IMG/VR virus record: IMGVR_UViG_3300007513_000001
Span: 229,410 to 293,409 of that record
Direction: 5' to 3' (one strand)
DNA length: 64,000 nt
Of this stretch, positions 57,167 through 64,000 are shown one piece after another (the stretch's first letter is position 1; each line of letters begins with the position of its first letter). The translations under genes were made by a program, and so were the position numbers. Under the pieces are notes generated by a model that saw only the letters and a list, made by a program, of their open reading frames with translations, had not been told where the DNA came from and did no database searches.

Positions 57167-59938
57167 ATGTTATCAATTAATGGAATACCGATCAAGATCA
57201 AAGTAGCTCGAGACGACAAATCTCGAGCTCATGGTCTTATGGGGGTAAAGAGTATGCCGGAAAACGAGGGTATGCTTTTCGTTTTTTCAGAGTCGAAACC
57301 TAGATCTTTTTGGATGAAAGATACTCTGTTTCCGCTTTCTATTGCTTACATTGACGAAGACCATAAGATTATCAACATTGAAGACATGAAGCCACACGAT
57401 ACTTCTAGTGTTGTCTCTGCTTCACCCGCGATATGCGCATTAGAAATGAACCGAGGGTGGTTTAGAAACAACGGCATCCGACCGGGAGACGCTGTTGACG
57501 GAATCAAAAGGGTTTATAGTGAATCTATTTTAAGGAAATCTATTAGACTATTGTTGAGAGAATCATCTACACCCACACGAACTTCATTTGATATTCCTAT
57601 ACCTGCTGATTTAAAAGATATTCATTCACGAATTAAGTACGCGGGTCGAGAATTATTTTTAGTTGGTGGTGCTGTTCGAGATGCGCTTATGGGTAAAACC
57701 CCTAAAGATTATGACGTAGCAACAAATGCGAGTCCTGAAGCCGTTATAAAAATATTGCAAAAAGATCCAAGTCTTAGGTTAGATTTAACTGGTAAACAGT
57801 TTGGAGTAGTGAGAGTAAAAACTAGTGACGGTGGAGAATACGAAATAGCTACTTTTAGAGAAGACATAGGAAAAGGTAAGTCTACAAAGGTAAAATTTTC
57901 TACGATTGAAAACGATGTTAAAAGAAGAGATTTAACAATTAATGCGCTGTTCTACGATATGGATTCTAAAGAAATCGTAGATTATGTCGGCGGAATTGAA
58001 GACATTGAAAACGGAATAATCCGAGCAGTAGGAAACCCAACTCAAAGATTTGACGAAGATAGAATTAGAATTTTGAGAGCCGTCAGATTTGCTGGGAGGA
58101 TGGGATCAAATTTAGACCCGCAAACTAAGCAAGCTATTTTAGACGACAACAAACTAATAGATACGGAAACTGGTCAGCAGATACCAGCTGATAGAATCAC
58201 TGAAGAGTTTGTAAAAGGGATAAAGTCAGCGCAAGATCCCGTTGGGTTTTTAGCTACTATAAATGACCTCGGTCTTTTTGATCAAATTTTGCCAGGCTTA
58301 GAGCTGAATTTTAGTACTTCTGGAACAACTGACCACATAGCTCAATTGGCTGCGTTGTTAAATAATAATTCTACAGATTCTATATCTTCGACTTTAAAAA
58401 GAATGAGATATTCTAACGATGAACGGAATATCATTAATTTTTTAATTAGTTTTGGAAATATTAATCGAGACACTGCTCCAGCGCTTAAAAAAGATTTCAA
58501 GCGCTACAAGATACCAGAAAGTCATTTAATAGAATATGCAGCGGCTTCAGACAGCCTTTCACAAAATAAACTGGATTCGTTTCTGCAGTTTGCTTCTGAG
58601 CCACCAGCTGGAAACTCTAAAGAATTAATGGCTAAAGGAATCAAAGGGCGAGATCTTGGTGTTGCTCTTGCCGCAGCAGAGGGAGATGCTTTTGCGAAGT
58701 TGATTGGCGAGTCAGTAATCGTTAGGCTTTTGACGGAAGCCGCCAAAGGACCACAAGATCTGCCTGACGGAATATTTGTACAGATCAAGCCCGACGATTG
58801 GGGCGTTCGAGTCGCTTATGTAAACAAGCTCAATAATGTGCTCTCGATGGAAGCTGACATTCGGGGCGTAGTTATGGTAGAAAGGCTTTCAGAAGATGAT
58901 ACGGATTTAGGGCCGTGCGACGACGCATGGATGATCGGATCTTCAGAGGCAGCCCCTGGTTGGGGCCCAATGCTTTACGATGTTGCTATGGAATATGCTA
59001 CTATGAAAGGCGGCGGGCTTATGGCAGATCGAGGTTCAGTCTCTCCAAAGGCTCGTAATGTGTGGGACTATTACATGAATAATCGCGGTGACGTTACAGG
59101 AATCCAGATGGATGACCGCAAAAACACTCTCACACCAGAGGAAGAAGATAATTGTAGCCAAAAGGTTGCCGGTCTTGACAATCGGTCACAACAGGATAAG
59201 TCGAAGCTATCCCCAGCCGGCACTTACAAGACAGATTGGGTTGACTCTCCTTTAAGCAAACGCTGGACAAAACCACCCACCACCATCGAGGCTTTAAGAG
59301 CTGCAGGCAAACTCGTCTGGCATGAAGCGGGCGATCATCTTCCACTCAGAGATTTGGATGCAGAAGGTCCAATCTTGCACTTGGAAAATTTCGTGAAAGA
59401 AATATTAAAAGAAGAAACTTTTAGAATTCTAATACCGAGCCCTCCTTCTGAAAAAGAAAGGTTAAAAGAGCTTCCATACGTAGTTCAAAAAAATCAAAAT
59501 CCGAGCTTTAGCCCAGAGATTTTGAAGACGTTAGATAAGAGAGTTTCAAAGTTATTTAATTTTTTAATAGTGAGCGCTGGATATCCGGACGTTTTTGAAA
59601 GAATAAAAGAAACAAAAAACAGCATAAAACCAATTATCAAGTTTCACAAAAATTATTTTGATTGTCTCCGACCAGATGAATTAGCGGATTCTTATGGGCT
59701 AGATTTTCCTGTTAGCTATTTGGACAGTGCGCAGAGTCCGTCTTATCCTTCGGGTCATACAACCCAAGCGTTTTACTTAGCACATGTTTTGGCAAGTGAA
59801 TATCCAGAAATTTCAGAAGATTTTTATAATTTAGCTCAAATGGTGGCCGACTCTAGAATAGAACATGGGGTGCATTTACCTTCAGACAATGAAGCGGGAA
59901 AACTTCTTGCAAAAACTATATACGGGTGGGAAGTTTAA
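57167..59938 (+). CDS. cca: four-domain fusion: DUF192 + CCA-adding enzyme + GNAT-like domain + PAP2 phosphatase
   Basis: GLM..EGMLF..FWMKDT..PLSIAYI..ALE (DUF192); VGGAVRD..KDYDVAT, EIATFR, RRDLTINA, FDEDRIRILRAVRF (class II CCA); GWGPMLYD..SVSPKARNVW (GNAT-like); K..RP, PSGH, SRIEHGVHLPSD (PAP2). Confidence 0.88.
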   Translation: MLSINGIPIKIKVARDDKSRAHGLMGVKSMPENEGMLFVFSESKPRSFWMKDTLFPLSIAYIDEDHKIINIEDMKPHDTSSVVSASPAICALEMNRGWFRNNGIRPGDAVDGIKRVYSESILRKSIRLLLRESSTPTRTSFDIPIPADLKDIHSRIKYAGRELFLVGGAVRDALMGKTPKDYDVATNASPEAVIKILQKDPSLRLDLTGKQFGVVRVKTSDGGEYEIATFREDIGKGKSTKVKFSTIENDVKRRDLTINALFYDMDSKEIVDYVGGIEDIENGIIRAVGNPTQRFDEDRIRILRAVRFAGRMGSNLDPQTKQAILDDNKLIDTETGQQIPADRITEEFVKGIKSAQDPVGFLATINDLGLFDQILPGLELNFSTSGTTDHIAQLAALLNNNSTDSISSTLKRMRYSNDERNIINFLISFGNINRDTAPALKKDFKRYKIPESHLIEYAAASDSLSQNKLDSFLQFASEPPAGNSKELMAKGIKGRDLGVALAAAEGDAFAKLIGESVIVRLLTEAAKGPQDLPDGIFVQIKPDDWGVRVAYVNKLNNVLSMEADIRGVVMVERLSEDDTDLGPCDDAWMIGSSEAAPGWGPMLYDVAMEYATMKGGGLMADRGSVSPKARNVWDYYMNNRGDVTGIQMDDRKNTLTPEEEDNCSQKVAGLDNRSQQDKSKLSPAGTYKTDWVDSPLSKRWTKPPTTIEALRAAGKLVWHEAGDHLPLRDLDAEGPILHLENFVKEILKEETFRILIPSPPSEKERLKELPYVVQKNQNPSFSPEILKTLDKRVSKLFNFLIVSAGYPDVFERIKETKNSIKPIIKFHKNYFDCLRPDELADSYGLDFPVSYLDSAQSPSYPSGHTTQAFYLAHVLASEYPEISEDFYNLAQMVADSRIEHGVHLPSDNEAGKLLAKTIYGWEV

Positions 59939-59939
59939 G

Positions 59940-62414
59940 ATGACTGTGTTACGTGATCACATAAGAGCGCTGCTTGCGGAAGAAACAAAAGCATCCCGTG
60001 CAGTTCCGGAACTGGGCCTCTGGTTACCTAAAAACTTTAACGATCTCATAGAAAAGAAATACCCAGCCTATGCAATCCCAGATGAAGAGTGGGACGAAGG
60101 GTCTATTTCTTGGTGGATGCATGCAGAGTCGATCGAGGACGCGTGGCAGAAGAGAAATCAAGAAATTTCTGGCGACAAAACAATGGCCGTAGCAAAGACT
60201 GCATCCGGTGTTGGTGGTGGCATGACCGGTGTGGGTATCAGCGGCCTCCTCTACGCTGGTGGCCTCATCGTCGACGCTCTTGGCGGCGGCGGTATGGCAT
60301 CGCTTGCTTTAAAACTGCTTGGAGCCAAGGGCATTTTTCTTTCGATCGGCCATGAAGCCCTTAAAAAAGGTGGGTTTGATACCAAGCTAAGGCGAGAATT
60401 TCAGAAAGAAATTAGGTGGGATGAAAATCTTCTAAAAGGTATAAAAGAATCTGAGGCAGAGGCAGTCGAAAATGCTTACATGGAGTATTTTTGGGATATG
60501 ATTAAAAATAAGCCTCACGCGCACTTTGGGGTGGAGTTCGAAGACATAAACGATTTTTACCTGAGGACATCAGAAAGTGATATGCTACAGCCGACTGGAA
60601 CGAGGAAAGTTCGTGTGCCATCTCAGGACGAAAAAGATCTAGCTAAGCTTATAGCCACAAACCCTTCTGCTGGTGCTTCAAATAGGTTAAGGGGTCGTGA
60701 CTCGAGAGAAGCCCAAGCAGGAATGAGACAATTGTCGCAGAATGAACTGCGGAAATATATTCGTTCCCTACTAAGTGAATCCACCCAATACGACGATCAC
60801 TTCAAGCCGCTCATGGATTCTGGTTATGACGGTATCAAGCAAGCAATAGAATTAGCAGATAGTCTCGGTATGTCGCCTCGAGAATTACCGTGGAATGATG
60901 ATACGTTAAACGCTTATTTGTTTTATGCTCCAGGTGAAGATACACTTGAAAAGCTGACCAAAATTGGCTGGACTACCGAAGAATGGGTAGAACAGGGCCG
61001 AAGAGCTTTTGAAGACCGTGAGAGAGAATTAGGCTTGCGGGAATCAGCTGATTATGACGATGATTATTCATCTTCAATGGAGGCCATGCTTGCAATGCTG
61101 GTCGTTGATCAAGCTCAGGATAATGGAGCCGAACAGGCATTGATGATGTTTGAACCAATGGCATTGAGTGATGATCCAGAATATCAATTAGATCTAGATT
61201 TGTTAGCAGCAGAAATTTCTCAGAGATTGCAGCCCCATACAGAAAAATACCAGAAATATGATGGCGTGGACAAGTTCGGTGTTCTGCTTGTGTGGCAATC
61301 TACCGTAGATGAGATAATCAAATTTGTAACTGGAGATGGCATCAACCGAAGCTTTCGGCCTTCTTGGAAATCTTTCGAAAGAGAGGAAGATGTATCAGAA
61401 ATGCTGGGGCCAGTGTTAAGGCAAACAGTGACTGCGTGGAAAAAGAAAGAGCAAGGCAAGCCTGCAATGGCAGACCACGAGGAAGAGTGGGTTGTTCGCG
61501 AGTGTGTAAGAAGAATATTGACAGAGCAGATTAATTCAGTTTTAGACAAGATCGTTAAGCTTGTTGAGACAGGTCATGGAAATCAAGCTTTCGAAATCAT
61601 GGTTATGATGCCAGAAGAATTAGACACGGCCATGGTGATCACTACACTTCGAAAAGAATTAGCTAATTTACGCGCCATAACACGATCACCAGAGCCACAC
61701 CAGTGGGCTTACTCTAGATATAGAAAAAAGCTTCCTGATCCAGAGTGGGATAAGTTTGTTAAGTTTGCCCGTGGCTTTTCTGATTTTATCGGTTACCAAG
61801 GAAGTATGCTCGATCCGAATAATCATAACCCTCAACATCGGGCGCGCCCGCGCGATCCACTTGCCAAAACACATGACAGGTGGCCTTCAGCCGAAGATAT
61901 GATACAGATGCTACAGCAAAAAATTGGCGGTGAGACTATTAAAGAAGCAGCACGCCCGAACTATGTAACTGGCCATGGAATATTTGATGATCGGAGCCCA
62001 ACTGAAAATGAAAAGAAATTACTTGATGTGTTTGTTGGAAGTGGCGCCCAGGCTTTGGAGTTAGCTGAATTAACTGGCCACGATGAGCTAGCATCTTGGA
62101 TGCACAAGATAATAGATCCCATCCGTGAGAGAATTAAAACAATTGAAGATACAGTGGCGCTTATACAGTCTGATGAAATTACAGAGCGATGGAAGATAGA
62201 AGATATTTCGATAAAACTTGAAAATGAGGCTGAAGAAATACTTCGTGGCTACTATCCGTCAAGCAAGCTACACGACAGCTGGGAAGACAGTGTATTCGAA
62301 ATGGCGGATTATATTTGGTACCACGGTGTAGATTACGATAGCTACAACGTCGCCTCAGAAACCAAGTCAAAACAAGACTTAGACAAGATAAAGATGTGGG
62401 CAGGTGTCGCATGA
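59940..62414 (+). CDS. multi-module polyprotein-like ORF of leader-separated helical modules
   Basis: MTVLRDHIRALLAEE leader; internal LRKYIRSLLSES, LGLRES, VRECVRRILTEQ, TIKEA; start moved from 59865. Confidence 0.8.
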   Translation: MTVLRDHIRALLAEETKASRAVPELGLWLPKNFNDLIEKKYPAYAIPDEEWDEGSISWWMHAESIEDAWQKRNQEISGDKTMAVAKTASGVGGGMTGVGISGLLYAGGLIVDALGGGGMASLALKLLGAKGIFLSIGHEALKKGGFDTKLRREFQKEIRWDENLLKGIKESEAEAVENAYMEYFWDMIKNKPHAHFGVEFEDINDFYLRTSESDMLQPTGTRKVRVPSQDEKDLAKLIATNPSAGASNRLRGRDSREAQAGMRQLSQNELRKYIRSLLSESTQYDDHFKPLMDSGYDGIKQAIELADSLGMSPRELPWNDDTLNAYLFYAPGEDTLEKLTKIGWTTEEWVEQGRRAFEDRERELGLRESADYDDDYSSSMEAMLAMLVVDQAQDNGAEQALMMFEPMALSDDPEYQLDLDLLAAEISQRLQPHTEKYQKYDGVDKFGVLLVWQSTVDEIIKFVTGDGINRSFRPSWKSFEREEDVSEMLGPVLRQTVTAWKKKEQGKPAMADHEEEWVVRECVRRILTEQINSVLDKIVKLVETGHGNQAFEIMVMMPEELDTAMVITTLRKELANLRAITRSPEPHQWAYSRYRKKLPDPEWDKFVKFARGFSDFIGYQGSMLDPNNHNPQHRARPRDPLAKTHDRWPSAEDMIQMLQQKIGGETIKEAARPNYVTGHGIFDDRSPTENEKKLLDVFVGSGAQALELAELTGHDELASWMHKIIDPIRERIKTIEDTVALIQSDEITERWKIEDISIKLENEAEEILRGYYPSSKLHDSWEDSVFEMADYIWYHGVDYDSYNVASETKSKQDLDKIKMWAGVA
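60783..60893 (+). repeat. 37-codon module duplicated at 63456..63566
   Basis: TQYDDHFKPLMDSGYDGIKQAIELADSLGMSPRELPW vs TEYDSHFKPLMDSGFDGIKQAMELADSLGITSQELPW (29/37 identical). Confidence 0.9.
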
Positions 62415-62935
62415 ACCCACTCCGTGAATACATAAGGGAAATGCTTACTGAAGCCAGCACAGAGGAGAAGACCGCTTCGATCAACGATATGCTCAATGCT
62501 GAAAAAGAGGTAGCCAAGCTTACCAATATATTTTGGGGCAGCGGCGCCCAGGGGCTCCAGCTGGCTGAGATGGTGGGAGCGACTGATAAAGATGGGATCC
62601 CGCTTTCTGAGATTTTTGATGAAATTGTTAATGATGTCGTTTGGCTAATTGAAGAGGTGGAAAAGTTCGGAGAAGAATTTAAGAAAACACCACCCAAAAC
62701 CCATTGGGCCGCTACAAACAGTGACAAGCACATGGAGACGATTCAACGGCAAATCATAGATGAGATCGCAATGACAGGATTATATCCCGGTATCTCAGAC
62801 GAACTACACGATCATCTTGTACATGTTGCTACGAAAGCTGTTTGGAGCATTGTGCCTCACCCATGGGGTAAAGTGGATACCGAGCAAGGTGCAAGATCAT
62901 TGGCTTGGCTCAAGAAATGGGCAGGTGTCGCGTGA
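62411..62935 (+). CDS. leader-bearing helical protein, paralog of the last module of 59940..62414
   Basis: MNPLREYIREMLTEA; FWGSGAQGLQLAE; KKWAGVA end shared. Confidence 0.8.
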   Translation: MNPLREYIREMLTEASTEEKTASINDMLNAEKEVAKLTNIFWGSGAQGLQLAEMVGATDKDGIPLSEIFDEIVNDVVWLIEEVEKFGEEFKKTPPKTHWAATNSDKHMETIQRQIIDEIAMTGLYPGISDELHDHLVHVATKAVWSIVPHPWGKVDTEQGARSLAWLKKWAGVA

Positions 62936-63417
62936 ACCTGCTCCGTGAATACATAAGAGTTCTAGTCGAGAAAAGTGAAGGTGAAGACCCTGTGCGCGAA
63001 GACAGAATGAAAGTATCCCAGATGTTCTGGAACATCGGCGCAGGTATGGGAATTCGGCTGGCAGAAATGACTCCAGGCTTGGAAGATCTTGCTGCTGAGT
63101 TTGAAGAGTTTCGGATTCTCGTGGAGGAGTTTATTGATCTTAGTGAGAGATTTATGGCCCAACCTCCGAAAGACAGCGCTGTGCAATGGACCATCCAGAT
63201 ACGCACAATTAAAAAGAATATTCAAACAAGAGCAGCAGAACTGCACTGGCACCGGCCGGGTCACGCAGCCGATAAAGAACTCGATTCTGCGCACCGCCGC
63301 TGGGTGCAGATGTTTTTAGAGGCACTCCGGTGGGCACACTGGACCCATACTCAAGGCGCACACGCACATTCAGACCAAGAAGAATATGAAGCTCTAAAAG
63401 ACTGGATAGTTGTATGA
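62932..63417 (+). CDS. leader-bearing helical protein, same paralog family
   Basis: GTG start overlapping TGA; MNLLREYIRVLVE; MFWNIGAGMGIRLAE. Confidence 0.8.
   Translation: MNLLREYIRVLVEKSEGEDPVREDRMKVSQMFWNIGAGMGIRLAEMTPGLEDLAAEFEEFRILVEEFIDLSERFMAQPPKDSAVQWTIQIRTIKKNIQTRAAELHWHRPGHAADKELDSAHRRWVQMFLEALRWAHWTHTQGAHAHSDQEEYEALKDWIVV
62933..62969 (+). repeat. 37-bp exact direct repeat at gene starts (second copy 63415..63451)
   Basis: tgaacctgctccgtgaatacataagagttctagtcga; partial third copy at 62412. Confidence 0.95.
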
Positions 63418-64000
63418 ACCTGCTCCGTGAATACATAAGAGTTCTAGTCGAAGCCACCGAATACGACTCTCACTTCAAACCACTCATGGACTCAGGCTTC
63501 GATGGCATCAAGCAAGCAATGGAACTAGCCGATAGTCTGGGCATAACCTCTCAAGAATTGCCTTGGGACATGGGTTCGATTGATGAGTACGCATGGGAGA
63601 TGCGGGATGACGTACCATGGCCAGAAGTTTTAGAACCCACCGGTTGGACTGAAAAAGATTATCGAAACGCTTTTGATGCTAAATGGAAGAGCATCCCCGG
63701 TGCACAACCTCATTGGGACTTGACCGAGCAGAAGGTTCTAGCTCAAGGGATGTGTTTTCCGTTCGCAATTGAGAAAGCTGAAGAGTGGTTTGAAGACCAT
63801 TTTACGAAGGGTGGCCCTGGTCGCAAGCCAAAGAGGCATCCGGCTCTGAACAACATGGACAAGTTCAAGGTTGTGCATGGGAAGGTAACTGACAAGTGGG
63901 AGAAGCCACCGAAACCTATCGTTCATGCATGGGTGGAAATGGGTGACTTGGTCTTTGATGACCAAACGAAACACACGAAACCCGACGGCATTCCGAAAGA
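63414..64000 (+). CDS. leader-bearing two-module protein ending in a transglutaminase/papain-like domain (runs off right edge)
   Basis: Not in ORF track; MNLLREYIRVLVEA, duplicated module, DLTEQ, then GMCFPFA...VVHG...HAWVE..D..FD. Confidence 0.7.
   Translation, partial: MNLLREYIRVLVEATEYDSHFKPLMDSGFDGIKQAMELADSLGITSQELPWDMGSIDEYAWEMRDDVPWPEVLEPTGWTEKDYRNAFDAKWKSIPGAQPHWDLTEQKVLAQGMCFPFAIEKAEEWFEDHFTKGGPGRKPKRHPALNNMDKFKVVHGKVTDKWEKPPKPIVHAWVEMGDLVFDDQTKHTKPDGIPK

Noticed and set aside
57600-58700. Poly(A) polymerase (PcnB)
   Set aside because: Lacks the G[RK]RF-type signature; has TGKQFGVV typical of CCA enzymes
57167-59938. Intein or frameshift/assembly artefact explaining the four-domain fusion
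   Set aside because: No Cys/Ser...His-Asn splice motifs; frame is continuous and each junction has the same helical LxE linker
59940-64000. Diversity-generating retroelement behind the duplicated modules
   Set aside because: No reverse transcriptase in the window and differences between copies are largely synonymous, not adenine-specific

Overview
AT-rich, densely packed, almost entirely plus-strand segment of a very large (jumbo/huge) tailed bacteriophage genome. This is inferred from Shine-Dalgarno sites, overlapping start/stop codons, sigma70-type promoters, scattered host-like genes with no bacterial housekeeping operon structure, and many ORFans; genetic code 11. Layout: (1) 1-6764, nucleotide/DNA-modification operon (FkbM methyltransferase, HAD phosphatase, aGPT-Pplase/5hmdU-kinase-helical-like protein, C5 DNA methyltransferase, NDP-sugar epimerase, thymidine kinase, cupin, DHH phosphoesterase, dCMP deaminase). 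(2) 6812-17594, acidic probable virion/late proteins, a SOD-fold protein lacking its metal ligands, a zeta-like kinase, PCD, a 129-nt GC-rich structured element and a KxDG ligase-like protein. (3) 17583-21447, inverted island of exported proteins (redoxin, two VWA lipoproteins, trypsin protease) resembling Myxococcota proteins. (4) 21598-53498, host-takeover genes: 5'-3' exonuclease, GroEL, an apparently split sigma70 factor, Def, DnaJ, DnaQ-like exonuclease, SpoU methylase, TilS, four tRNAs, AsnB, a roughly 650-nt structured ncRNA candidate, FKBP, DnaK. (5) 53543-64000, array of genes sharing an N-terminal amphipathic leader ending in [LI]-x-E; the same motif separates domains in two long polyprotein-like ORFs, one being DUF192 + CCA-adding enzyme + GNAT-like + PAP2. 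Top candidates for new biology: the leader/linker system (probable capsid targeting plus prohead-protease cleavage, as in T4 internal proteins), the split sigma factor with a matching non-canonical promoter, the large ncRNA, and the base-modification operon. All calls are by eye from motifs; no database searches were run.
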